Positions 24,501 through 32,792 of a stretch of DNA of 64,000 bases are shown here, piece by piece. A model generated the notes under the pieces. It was not told the DNA's origin, ran no database searches, and was given only the letters and a program-made list of their open reading frames with translations. Numbering within the stretch: position 1 is the stretch's first letter; every line of letters starts with the position of its first letter. Location of the stretch: positions 1 through 64,000 of the forward strand of contig MRSU01002291.1 of the NCBI GenBank assembly GCA_008369845.1. The letters are read 5' to 3'. Position numbers and translations under genes: made by a program. The DNA is from Trichomonas gallinae. Lineage: Eukaryota.

Positions 24501-27500
24501 AGACCAAAAGTGAGAGAGCTTGACTCAAATACAGGAGCAAGATACTCACGGATTTCTGGATCTTTGTCGAGAAGAATCTTGGAGAATGGGAATTTCTTGG
24601 AAAACTCTTTGCTATCAACTTCGGAGTCAGAAATGTCGAAACTAACTGATATTGTGTCATCCAACTTTTCGCAGAGTTCTTCAATCTGTTTGACAATTGT
24701 TTGGATATCTTCTGGCTGTTGTGCAGCAAGTTCCTTGATCTTCTGTGAAATCTCTGAATGTTTTTGGGGTGGGATTCCTGTTAAGACTGATTGTTCGTAT
24801 TGAGTGTAGCCTGGAACGTTTGCCAAAGCCGGATATTTGAGTGAAATCATTCCCATGAATGCAGATTTGTTTGATGGTGGATATTCGATGACTGTGCCAA
24901 GTGGATACTTCTTTGTGAGCTCAGACAAAGCAATTTCCCAGGTTGGAGAAATAGTTTTGTTTGTCTGGAATGCATTGATAAGATCAACGATTGTCTGCTT
25001 GATCAAGTACTGCGGTGTGTTGACGTTATCCTTGTAGTAAGCCTTGATGGCTTCAACTTCAAGTTTTGGTAAATTCTCCAAGAGGAATTCTGTGTTGTTT
25101 TCAACGACAGCGCCGATTGTTGGCTCAAGGAATCCTGGATAAAGTGTGCAAAGCTGGTACAATGCTGTGTATGAAACCTCTTCTCTGATTTGGTTGGCCA
25201 AGCCAGTGACATAAGAATACTTCATCAAATTTATGAACCAATCAACAGGTTCTTGAGAGTTCTGGTCGACGATGAGTTCGTTGAATGATTGGAGGACAGA
25301 TGATTTATATTCCGTTGGCTGTGATCTGATGTCTTCGTATATCTTCTTGAGAACATCATTTGGTGTCAATGCAGTGATGTATTTGTTATCGATGTACCAC
25401 TTCATGACTGTGTAGTTCTGGTTCTTCTGGCTGATGTGATCCATGATGATCTGGAAGTAATCAGTCTTGTCTGCTCTCTTGTCAACCTTTCTCGATTTGC
25501 CGCCTGTCTTCTTCGACTGAGCAGGAGAAAGTTTCTTCTTCTGAAGGAGAGTCTGGAACTCGATGAACTCCTTGACATGGAACTGTTTCATGCTGAATAA
25601 GTTGAGTGAGTTATAATCAGATTCTTCTTTTTCGATTGGGAAGTTCTTAACCAAGTCTTCAAGATTGTTAACATTAAGTTCTCTCAAGTATTTGTAAACA
25701 AGATTGATCCAGTCATAGAACTCATGCATGACTTGTGCATCCTTTCTTGCAGTGATCTCCGAGATAACATTGTAAGTCAAGAGATCGATGCCTGTAAATA
25801 ATGGTGAAATATCGTGCTCTTGCTTGAATATAATGGAAGAAAAGATTGTGTGAATATCATCATTTTCATTGTTGCCTGCTCTTAAACCTTTGATTGAAGT
25901 TGCAACTCTATCGAATGGAATGTATACAATCGGCTCCTCTTCACTGACTTGGGCGTAAATTTGATTAAAGTAATCGAATATCTCTTTTTCGTCAAGTGCA
26001 ACACTTCCATTACCAATATTTCCAAAGGGAGAGCTCAAGAAGAAAACGCCTTGTTGGTTTAGTGTAATGACGATTGTATTCTCTGGAATTACATCTGCAT
26101 TGACCTTGACATCATATCCTTCTTCAATGATACTGGTTATGAGCCATGTCAAATTGAAAAGATATGTATCAGTCTGGAAGAACTCTGCACTGATTTCTTT
26201 AACTCTCATCAAGTTCTGAAGAACTTCTTGGATTGTCCTTGACTTATAGAGATTGATGATCTCATTGACCTCGCAGAAATTGATATTGACTGAAGGGCTG
26301 AATCCTGGTAAGTTAATCATTTTGCGGATAATGTCAATCATTCTACTAAATTCTTGAAGTCGTGGATATTCACTAACTTTGATTGTATCGAGACTGAATT
26401 CATTCTTCCTGTTGATGCCGGTGATGAAGTCTTCGTTATTAAGGATGAATTCGCCGATGTAATTGAGAACAGTAATAGCAAACAAGTTTTGCTTTAATCT
26501 CTCATCATCGATTTCAGTTTCTTCATCATCATTGAAAAGCTCTAACTCGGAGATTGGATCTGGAAGTCTCTCATATGAGTCGAATGTCAGTCTTCCGAAG
26601 CAATTCAGGAAAACATTGATATTGATTTGGTGCTGTTTAGCAAAAGCATCAAACATATTCATAATGATTTCAAGCTCTTGTGAAACTTTTGTCGTTAACT
26701 TGTCGAATTTGGATTTATATTCTTCTGGAACTGGAAGCTGGAATGTTTCATAAATCTCAGAGACATGCTGTTGGATTTCGTTGAGTTCTTGACTGTAGTT
26801 GGCCTTGAGAATAGTAAGAAGAGCTTTGCCATCAATTGTGCCTCTTGTGGCCTTGATGCCCTGTGCAATGCGAACAAGAGTTCTTCCGTTAATGATCAAG
26901 TTTTCTGTGAATTTTGACTTTTTTTGCTGTTCGTGTACTATAGAAACTTTGATAGCAATATCTTGTGGCTTCATATTTCCAAAAACTGAGTTAGAAATAT
27001 ATCCATAGAGAACGATAGCAGAGTCCATTGTTGTTGTATCAATGGATGGAAGAGAAATTAAGACGCAGCGGCTTAGAATTGTTTGGGAGATTTTGCTTTG
27101 TGCGCGTGCTTCGACAGGGTTGTATGTCATGAAGAGTCTGAATTTCTCATGTGCCTGGATTGATTTGTTTGAGCCATGTTCGTAAATGTTAAGCGTTGGC
27201 CTTTCTGACAAAAGTGAAATCATTCTGTCGAAGACTTCTGATGGAGCAGCTTCAATGCCATCGAGCAAAACCCATTTGCCATTCTTCATTGCTGTTTCGA
27301 GGACGGATTCGTACTTATCGATGAGGTTGACGAACTGGCAAGCTCCCAAAATTGTTTGGATTGCATTGTCAATGTCGTTTGCAACAATTTGTTGCTTTTC
27401 CAAGCGTTTCATCTCTTTCAGTCTTGCATGAAATGACTTCAAAGTTGTTGGTGTCCATTTCTGGAGTTTCCTGAGCTCGTGGTATATTTGCTGGCCTTCG

Positions 27501-30500
27501 TCTGGGATTCGCTGAACTGCTGCGAGAATTTCTTGCCTATCATTTTCTGGTATCTGTGAAAGTGGTCTATATCCACCAATAACAATTGACTGATTGGAGT
27601 CTGCGTTCATTTGAATGACTGTTAAATCTGCGCCAACTGCATCAGCAAATAACTGTATGCAGTGTGTCTTTCCTGAAGCTGTTGGACCTTGTACAATGAT
27701 TGGGAATCCTTTAGTATCTCTCATGCAAGCTTCTAGTAGAACGAAAGCATCCTTTTGATCAACGGAAAGTGCCTTGACAAGTGCTGGACATTCTGGGCTC
27801 ATCTTTGGAGATGATGGCACTTCATGTTCGTTGATTGACAAGTATGAATGGTTGATTCTTATATCAGTGTCAATGTCGCCGATTTCAAATAGTTTAATGA
27901 TCTGCTTTCTGTATTCTGGGTCAATGAATGGACCTAAGTATGTTAACTTCTTTATTCTATTGATGTCATCTGGGAGAAGATGCGACAGTCTAATGAAATT
28001 CAAGAAGTTTCTAATTGTTATTGGGACTGGGATCTGATATTCTTGAACGTATTTTCTGATCTCAATCAATGTGTTGACAACATAAGCTGAATCGCTGATA
28101 TTTAATGGCTCGGCAAGTTTTGTGCAGATTTGATCAAACTCTTTGTCGCTGTATTCTGGATGGTTATAAATGATTGCGTTCTTCTTGATTGCATCATTGA
28201 AGAATGGCTTTGTTGCAACACCAATGATGAAGTATTTACCCTTTCTGATGGATTCACCGTTTGGAAGCAAAATTGATGAAGAAGAGTTTCCCAAATCGAA
28301 AACTGGAGCAAGAGCCTCCAAAAGTGGAGCAGGAGCAAGGTTGAGTTCTTCTAAGACAACCCATCTTGGCCTTGTATCGTTATCATCGTGTGTCGTGATG
28401 AAATTAAGGAATGCTGTCGGCTGGAAATCAAAAACTGTACCATTTTCTGTTTTTGTGAGTTCATTTTGGCCAAAGAGGTTCTCGACTGTTGTTGATTTAG
28501 AAAGTGATACAGTAAAAACATTAGCATCATGAATTTGAGCGACGTAGTTGATTGCTTCTGATTTGCCAGTACCGTTTGGACCTTGTATGATAATTGCCTG
28601 ATCATAGATTGATGCGATGAACAATGATTCGACGAGAACTTTGATTGATGGTGTGAAAACAAGTCTGATTCTTTCTGGTTCTTTAACAGGAGGAATTCCG
28701 AATTTGTATGTTTTAGAGGCTGTCCATTTATCCTTTTTGAAAATAATTGGTGATGCAAAATCTGATTCTGTTTTCTCAATGAGATCTGTTTTATCTGCTG
28801 AGCAAATATTGTAAGCAGCTTTAAAGATAAGATCTGGTTTGGCTTGAGGAGTCTTTGAAATGATTTTCTGGCAGAAGTTGTAGATAAGCATTTTATCGTT
28901 GAATGATCCTGGAACGCTGGTAATGAGATTTGCAAGAACTTGTTGGTCTGTTCCGAATATGTATTTATATTGCTCTGGTTCATAAGCATATGTCTTGACA
29001 ACTGTCATTCTCGACAGCATGGCTTCAGATAGTTTCTGTTTCTCGTCTTTAGAGCATGTTGCAATGACTCTGAAGTCGCTGGATTTAATAACAATCTTGT
29101 TGTTGTTTGGTGGGACTAATGTGTTTGTGTAATCTTCATTCAATGTAAGTTCTGGTATAATTGCGAATATTTCGTTCAATCTTTCCATGACAGATACTGT
29201 TGGATGTGCGAAATTCTTAAGAATGAGTGTTCTCTTTGAGAGGATGGCCGATGTAATGAGACCTGGTCTGAATGTTGTCGTGTAATCTGATAGGAAAGAT
29301 GCGATGTTTTCTTGCTTCTTGATTGCGTTTATGATATTGTTAACAATTTGCGTTATAACGTGTTCCAGAGAATGATCTGCATATATTAATTCCTCTTTAA
29401 CATCAAGTAACTTTTGCTCTACTTGTTCGCCGCTTGTGCATGCAGTCTTAATATCATTGATCTGGTTGTGGAGATCAATGTTCTGTGTCATAGATGCGAG
29501 AATCTCGAACAAAGAAGTAATCAAAGAGTTGTGATCGATAAGTGATATTGTGCCAATCAAAGATGATGTTGTGGAATCTCTGTTCAAGCAGACTGTCTTT
29601 GAGAGTGTTGACACATTTCTTGCAATGAACTCTTTATATCCTGACGGGCCGACCAACAAAATTGGTTCTTGGCTGTGAAGAATCATGATGTTAAAGTATG
29701 AGTTCCAGAACTGATACAATTGATTGCTAACACTATTTAAAGGTCTGTCAACATTGAGTACAAGACTACCTTTAGTAAGTTTAACTGTTCTATCTGATAT
29801 ATCTGTGGCAACAACGTTTTCTGTGAGATCTTTCAGTAACTGTTCTTTATCTTGTTGATTTATATTGAAAACATTTGCGATTAAATCTGTAATTGAATTA
29901 ACAACTTTATCGCTTTCATCATGGGCAGATAGTAGCATGAATGCAGCATGATGGTACGGCTTGAAATTTTCTGACATTTTTGGATTATTAATGAAATAAA
30001 TAATTCTTCTGAAATATCTCCTTGCTTCTCTAAAAGACCATGGTTTCGATCTTAGTTTTGGATCATCTCTAAGTCCAATCATGAGTTCAGTGACGTTAGT
30101 TATCAATTGCAGAAGTTTAGACTGATCCTGCGAATTTTCTTTGATGATGTCATTTAAGATAGCTTTGATATCATTAGCTCCTAGTAATGGATATTGGATC
30201 ATAATGACTTTGCGCTCTATTTCTTCTGGGAGACGCTTTCTGCCGAACATAGATATGTCGTTTTGGCAGCCGATGAAGAAATAATTTGGAGAAACCTTAA
30301 CTGTTTCATCGATGTTTGGTAATTCGATTTCTTCATCACCAGTATTTTCAAGTGCAATCATTAAACTTTGTAAAACGGTGATTTCCGCTAAGTTGAGTTC
30401 ATCGGCGATGAATATTTCGCCATTCTCCATTGAAGATGTCAATGGACCTCTCTTTATACCGAACTGTCCATCATTAATTGTCACGTTTCCGAAAAGTTCA

Positions 30501-32383
30501 CCGATTTGTGTTTCGCAGTTGAATGAGACTTTGTTATATGTCTTCCTCATGATCTGTGCTATAGCTTCAGCAGCTGATGTTTTACCGTAACCTGTTGATG
30601 ACTGCATGACAACGTGTTTTCTGATGATGTAAAATGCATAAAGCATAGCCATTAGCTTTTTAAGTTCATCGGACTGCTCGAAGTGGAATGTTTGTGTTGT
30701 TTGTGGTAACTTTTGTAAAATCATCTTTGCGAGCACAGGATGGATGTCGACATTGTGATCCAGGAATACACCTCTCAAAAATCTATATGCATAGTCTGGT
30801 TGTACTTCAACGAATGCCTTCTTGAATCTAACGTAGCTGAAAATCAAATTCACTATCTCTTCGAGAGAACTTTGTCCTAGATATATTCGAACTTCGGAGA
30901 GAGTGTTTATGTTGCTTTTATGGAGACCTGATTGATTGATTTCATTTTCAATAAATTGCTGCAAGCTTTCGTCGCTTTGCTTAGTTCTTTCTGGAAGTTG
31001 ATTATCAATATAGATAAGAGCAAATCTGTTGATGAGTGCAGGAGACATCTTTTTAAGTGAATCTTCTGACGCTGTTGCAATTATTCTGAAGTTTGGATCG
31101 ACTTTAATTAGTTGATTATCAGGCTTTTCATTTACTTGGAATGATTGGTTCAGCTCGGCTGCATGATCCAAAAGAGGGTTGAGACGCTCGATAACTTGTG
31201 ATGTAGCGTTGTGGATATTGTCGAGCAGCAAAACGTTGCCATTTTGGACAGCTTGAACGACTGGTCCGTCAATCCATTTAATCGGTATTTCACCAACTTC
31301 GCCCCCCTTAAATGATTGGGTGGTATAGCGACCAATCAGGTCAGAATTGGTTGTTTCCGGTGTGCATATAATTGTACGTGGATGGGATTTAGATGAATGG
31401 AGATATTGTGAAATCCATTTTCCAATAGTTGTTTTACCGCAACCTGGTTGGCCAACTAACATAATTGGTCGTCTTTGCTCTATGGACAAGAAGTTGGATA
31501 ATGAAAGCACATTAGATAGAACTGGATTCTCGATGCAATGATTAATTTTCACATTTAATTTTGGTAAATCTGCACTTTGTATACTGAATCCAGTACTCTT
31601 CATCATTCTTAGTAAATTATCGCGCTCATCTTTCTTAAATCCTGAGCCATAGTTTATGATTGTAGATAATGCAAGAGGTATTGACTTTGAAACCGAAAAT
31701 ATTGTAGATTTGATGTCTCTTATTGTGAATTGTCTGTAGTTCTGCTTGTGTTTGAAGTAATTTATACATTGAGAGTGGAAATTAATGAGTCTTTTCAGAT
31801 CATCTGTGACAATACCCTTGTTTTGTGATAGTTTTGTAGCAATCTCTGATAATTCGTCTATTGTGAATGTGTCAAAGTTAACTTGTTGGAATTTCGAAAC
31901 GAATTTTTCAGAAAGTCTGTTTCTATTTCTCATGAATTCATCTGTTGGAGGGTTTTGAGTAGCAATAAGTTTGAAATTCGGATGCATTGGTATCTTTTTG
32001 TTACCATTTTGAGAATCATCAATAATTAAAAATCGAGAATCCAAAGATGCTTCAATGCATTGTAATACTTCGATAGGTGCTAAGTTGATTTCATCGATAA
32101 TTAAAGCATGACCATTTTCATAAGCATCAGTATACATTCCAGGTTTGAACTTAAGAAGTCCATTCTCGGAATTTGGATCCATAATAGTTTTTCCTAAAAG
32201 TTGATCAACTGTAGTTTCAGCACTGCAGCTGAAGAATCTATCAGTTGGTACTACCTTTCGGGCAGAGAATGTTTTGCCTGTGCCTGTAGGGCCATTTAGA
32301 AGCACTGGGATACCAGCACTCACGGCTGTTTGGATTTTTTCTATTCGCTTTTGCGCATTTTGCGTTTTCACGAGTTCTTCCAT
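15518..32383 (-). CDS. Giant midasin-like AAA+ ATPase (6 AAA modules) with three VWA domains, a GAT-like domain and a P/E/Q-rich tail
   Basis: Uninterrupted 5621-aa ORF. Walker A-like motifs GPTGTGKT, GQPGCGKT, SSTGYGKT, GPSGYK, GPNGTGKS, GPTASGKT; DE(I/L)NLA-type Walker B motifs; VWA motifs LMLDTSFT/FSDG, IVIDASES/FTDG and LVVDGTGSM/GDGPEDW/ITD. Confidence 0.85.
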   Translation of the reverse strand: MEELVKTQNAQKRIEKIQTAVSAGIPVLLNGPTGTGKTFSARKVVPTDRFFSCSAETTVDQLLGKTIMDPNSENGLLKFKPGMYTDAYENGHALIIDEINLAPIEVLQCIEASLDSRFLIIDDSQNGNKKIPMHPNFKLIATQNPPTDEFMRNRNRLSEKFVSKFQQVNFDTFTIDELSEIATKLSQNKGIVTDDLKRLINFHSQCINYFKHKQNYRQFTIRDIKSTIFSVSKSIPLALSTIINYGSGFKKDERDNLLRMMKSTGFSIQSADLPKLNVKINHCIENPVLSNVLSLSNFLSIEQRRPIMLVGQPGCGKTTIGKWISQYLHSSKSHPRTIICTPETTNSDLIGRYTTQSFKGGEVGEIPIKWIDGPVVQAVQNGNVLLLDNIHNATSQVIERLNPLLDHAAELNQSFQVNEKPDNQLIKVDPNFRIIATASEDSLKKMSPALINRFALIYIDNQLPERTKQSDESLQQFIENEINQSGLHKSNINTLSEVRIYLGQSSLEEIVNLIFSYVRFKKAFVEVQPDYAYRFLRGVFLDHNVDIHPVLAKMILQKLPQTTQTFHFEQSDELKKLMAMLYAFYIIRKHVVMQSSTGYGKTSAAEAIAQIMRKTYNKVSFNCETQIGELFGNVTINDGQFGIKRGPLTSSMENGEIFIADELNLAEITVLQSLMIALENTGDEEIELPNIDETVKVSPNYFFIGCQNDISMFGRKRLPEEIERKVIMIQYPLLGANDIKAILNDIIKENSQDQSKLLQLITNVTELMIGLRDDPKLRSKPWSFREARRYFRRIIYFINNPKMSENFKPYHHAAFMLLSAHDESDKVVNSITDLIANVFNINQQDKEQLLKDLTENVVATDISDRTVKLTKGSLVLNVDRPLNSVSNQLYQFWNSYFNIMILHSQEPILLVGPSGYKEFIARNVSTLSKTVCLNRDSTTSSLIGTISLIDHNSLITSLFEILASMTQNIDLHNQINDIKTACTSGEQVEQKLLDVKEELIYADHSLEHVITQIVNNIINAIKKQENIASFLSDYTTTFRPGLITSAILSKRTLILKNFAHPTVSVMERLNEIFAIIPELTLNEDYTNTLVPPNNNKIVIKSSDFRVIATCSKDEKQKLSEAMLSRMTVVKTYAYEPEQYKYIFGTDQQVLANLITSVPGSFNDKMLIYNFCQKIISKTPQAKPDLIFKAAYNICSADKTDLIEKTESDFASPIIFKKDKWTASKTYKFGIPPVKEPERIRLVFTPSIKVLVESLFIASIYDQAIIIQGPNGTGKSEAINYVAQIHDANVFTVSLSKSTTVENLFGQNELTKTENGTVFDFQPTAFLNFITTHDDNDTRPRWVVLEELNLAPAPLLEALAPVFDLGNSSSSILLPNGESIRKGKYFIIGVATKPFFNDAIKKNAIIYNHPEYSDKEFDQICTKLAEPLNISDSAYVVNTLIEIRKYVQEYQIPVPITIRNFLNFIRLSHLLPDDINRIKKLTYLGPFIDPEYRKQIIKLFEIGDIDTDIRINHSYLSINEHEVPSSPKMSPECPALVKALSVDQKDAFVLLEACMRDTKGFPIIVQGPTASGKTHCIQLFADAVGADLTVIQMNADSNQSIVIGGYRPLSQIPENDRQEILAAVQRIPDEGQQIYHELRKLQKWTPTTLKSFHARLKEMKRLEKQQIVANDIDNAIQTILGACQFVNLIDKYESVLETAMKNGKWVLLDGIEAAPSEVFDRMISLLSERPTLNIYEHGSNKSIQAHEKFRLFMTYNPVEARAQSKISQTILSRCVLISLPSIDTTTMDSAIVLYGYISNSVFGNMKPQDIAIKVSIVHEQQKKSKFTENLIINGRTLVRIAQGIKATRGTIDGKALLTILKANYSQELNEIQQHVSEIYETFQLPVPEEYKSKFDKLTTKVSQELEIIMNMFDAFAKQHQININVFLNCFGRLTFDSYERLPDPISELELFNDDEETEIDDERLKQNLFAITVLNYIGEFILNNEDFITGINRKNEFSLDTIKVSEYPRLQEFSRMIDIIRKMINLPGFSPSVNINFCEVNEIINLYKSRTIQEVLQNLMRVKEISAEFFQTDTYLFNLTWLITSIIEEGYDVKVNADVIPENTIVITLNQQGVFFLSSPFGNIGNGSVALDEKEIFDYFNQIYAQVSEEEPIVYIPFDRVATSIKGLRAGNNENDDIHTIFSSIIFKQEHDISPLFTGIDLLTYNVISEITARKDAQVMHEFYDWINLVYKYLRELNVNNLEDLVKNFPIEKEESDYNSLNLFSMKQFHVKEFIEFQTLLQKKKLSPAQSKKTGGKSRKVDKRADKTDYFQIIMDHISQKNQNYTVMKWYIDNKYITALTPNDVLKKIYEDIRSQPTEYKSSVLQSFNELIVDQNSQEPVDWFINLMKYSYVTGLANQIREEVSYTALYQLCTLYPGFLEPTIGAVVENNTEFLLENLPKLEVEAIKAYYKDNVNTPQYLIKQTIVDLINAFQTNKTISPTWEIALSELTKKYPLGTVIEYPPSNKSAFMGMISLKYPALANVPGYTQYEQSVLTGIPPQKHSEISQKIKELAAQQPEDIQTIVKQIEELCEKLDDTISVSFDISDSEVDSKEFSKKFPFSKILLDKDPEIREYLAPVFESSSLTFGLILLRLYSNKNLLQISLPQNEFCSDIIKSALSQTLFAKEELSDFLFNLLSPTAKLIDGPFLLDCIIQVAVCRTDDSYTDLLKEFFSDFLVTMLQNFDKGMFDLILKSNEGLSFKEKNPSMELVHRIVWHPVKAFIDFCTQKLKEKADAKDQQNKHYEAEIKKIREEISNNTVSQLQQALYTDKVQFLKEHNKGKPSDPKLEELNKKIYSQWGKYSDTTLEFLNNIPSINDNPANKKRLGFNPLKFYEVFNTYGSPNLTDNAVKYNILLIQGDATNSFNVRNKRNGTSFTVPIAPKSPELYKIPDNEDPNDYAIENRPFEIFSVFISETAKVAIFNYGNNQYYGLDLKRIEAMINEFNNAQSNLNQYMSTKKPDEEVNNLQVKFSGMFSIDDCTNNLRSKDLDKVKSSLKTLSNDNPVVSLNKDYVLVNTKKLLETFPGILNNLEAAIANSHQAEDELNALKARIKNIPIYSSVSLPSKSEKTNLKISDVKLNGDLYSPAIFAEENKISANFKQIKVTIPKITNLQPRPLEIFIQSFSSSSAHKINLINSTKNANSIPTLNKSRTGEYCISIPVNKLSQVQNYVSTISSTLKLDDEEIPIEANISYKDPKVYIISPGNKFIWNASREKYEIKPSPIFTDNFTQIQTFNDHGELIPHSLTFSPLAETKQEKPPRAEYKKSISTFKLKEQYSMMLNIAFCNSMQANVYFNRPVFKRPVIAKFWDGFNQKFQDPEAGKIYVGNVWSKSIFVLGIIRNSDNDNIEISFTSSNPSIQFSEIVFDLSNNNPPLKKTITRIGSFKVLTTEPFKTVSEIVMHVKSDSFQKEYTFKTRAICSIPEIKIEDKKVKVVYPNSDLTTHSCPCRMCVYDEEKDQYIDYQRPIDVSDRAHYSVLNINSYCWASTYEPNIETIIDYSSRRRLPDSIQFSVIAFHITQGTYDVYDYNNVKDNTNYQIYFARLGPVNFDKDLKTQWQNAWFPWFGEAKAMREALNKVCTTLEKAKKSFLMFIQKFLTFIKAPPKYLTEITIYKDNKVNNDQLMNFISRIIQERLETIKNNFYHIKTPILYKDAYTMIKDIRTKYLKQYDLNNIQDIQQEIQSVYRNIMKHYSLEINSNTSSTTEEFDVLMLTERDINGLKQEEMDHQIEDLMKQVDKLEADYSPVDIDLDFSTFDYPSFQNKKDPASVIKTFETSIDLCKQYPLMALNWFQSHNSASLPERASNLLDVLYGFYKWATSQENLRYTPYKSHAELFAASFETLCKSLASAGLNGINSLVPNSRSKKLINMPGYDRPKIQQMPWKRAQVKKQVDIKVSTNVPKSIDVPKPKANNPFVEKGNKGKAIITKQTGPGQLISGETTVDEIQKWIIKQMENPDLLERLKFTKGKVGDFLKPVPMNLRNSELSVQPLIESANMLASQIVKYTIDNFDDLDKFSMTDAVLMLDTSFTIVQPNQRAALFVLFAAFAIALNNLHVPVSIMIFCDHEYHFVLKDFNEDLAPYHFQAALDAYSVFRKLSDLADAFKIAKSLNPAAGCNRRAVYTFSDGLFTKLHATEDWQMLLNKSELTFSLILLSMLPQKEFGIVQSYLTKFQESLSDAPSSINELIIIDPNLAFNDKEDKVCKAFIDGLNKYEDVIQKLHKATVERYETVEGVELRELSPVNDSIKDYVSSYTEDIYFNQYAQTSITIKDDDSFITRVDNGVSFHDIQLFKDIDSIRTRMPSVFEPNKPSQFSPSVKGSNISLKGFIQFYITQGQDQRIYLEKNTGHVPSYSLFIVIDASESCFGKVSFNHSMQTVLTTLYSIRSVDFESVTIIAATKDKLIEYCHEASVSDALSPSSDVYSAIYSTCANPSIKSDMAAALAAVYQIRSKQTTKAALCLCFTDGMVGHVDASDIGTMTSYLENRSTQIIGVGIGFYPKLISKVYRYAIWAPNPVVAPIALSKTLRGTFISKTEIVSQDVPKKTTEEIKEVVKLVEDINFKPVFADLVKFLNGIKRAKETYGAIYNPVSAAARSGTVTGQFVSFAPGGGGPDGQGTTTQQGPSIQVPGVAQKLEFTTANQLAFNDNDSNLDLGRGQNWKQAILICQFWDSCMLPLNTKGENKFITKSTLLSETGPIRALQELGMTCNIVQNYKDSIECLRSGEYSQAWIICGRGENRKPDELNKNGTSWMIDSFIECLIEFNKQGGSLLFSGDNNPLTYELNKFLERVELDGINPEFKFSLDEPGGNMLLFGDINSGNPALFDQRENIDVLGAVRPLYGYNVKGLYEGTTISCVPKTANIAPFRPFMISKNGNYANLYYMAPEESIAGDIIIDGSFTKFFNELHTAGTRRLVRNIAVWLLSVEKREILLRSNQKAMEWRANKFDFVIPIAPVNEVKFEEYVDGQHIDIALVVDGTGSMIKEANNNEQRYEVSDKSMIYGSKQILKKLMEYTKRKYFNLYVRYAAVFFRDEAKAQQKVSRGESRRILDTNVSTVFDFKEPKAGEHQSGVDPVKFNDVQSMGGAGDGPEDWVQAFTEMLDLSWKSNSKKIMIMITDNGGHGAEFNNQWKPESDDIILNEREGPKTRRLIQEIAQRQIDVCFISADRKALKGMEGFKKVYLEAGGPSFKNEEQKFGDETTEIKQALSSMIENVIDTAVASFGVGRVKEDVTPQGMGPIVQQGIAENRAQKTTMSQAFVRRTTSTSVTKNDKPAPKYHPPPPKAESTPVQIPTSKSNGIFDTDEPVPFQAKALKKRKSPYIQEIEHKQEPKPEPAPVVEERPAPVEEIPEPEPVVEEEPIVEEKPVIEEPAFRPKKTQQPQQEFVAAPPEFGGQEPQPPQVQPQPQVFTPQQTQVQTPQQQFQPQQSQQFNPQMQQMDLQQMQQMQQMQMQMQQAMLAQQYGMAGYGYMQPGMYGMYPGFGYNPYGMYMGFPQQSMQFVQNMQQQPQQNIQQQQYQNMQQQPQQQFQNMQQQQQNMQQQYMGYGQQMYYQQQMYQQQGYNQMPQQQQQPTPQQTFEQFANEDHRRRGRR
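15560..16160 (-). repeat. Low-complexity Q/M/Y/G-rich coding repeats
   Basis: Repeated QNMQQQ, QQMQQMQ and GMYPG units at the C-terminus of the giant ORF. Confidence 0.85.
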
Positions 32384-32792
32384 ATTTTTTTGATTTTTTG
32401 GGCGACCATGATGCTGTCTGTCTTATATATCGAATATATAAACACATATGTTAGACTTAATATTCATAACCATCTGCATGCAACATAATTGCATGCAAAG
32501 TATTACTTAAAAATATTAATATCATCATGCAAATAAATTCGATTTATTTTGATGTGTTTTGAAAAAGATTATGTTATTGATATATCTTTATATAATTATC
32601 AAATAATTCGACTGTCGTATTTTTAAACTCTTAAAACCTTCATAGGACAGGAAAATGAAATATAACGAAAATTTTTGCCAAGTCAGTTTTGTCATGTAAA
32701 ATCTTGGTAAAAATTTTGAACACGATTTGTCATGCAAAATATTTTTGTCATGTAACTATTGACAAAAATGTCAAATTTTTGTCATGTAAAAA

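Noticed and set aside
32784..32789. Stop-codon reassignment to explain ATG-TAA before Slx1
   Set aside because: TAA is the normal terminator of most well-supported genes in this window.
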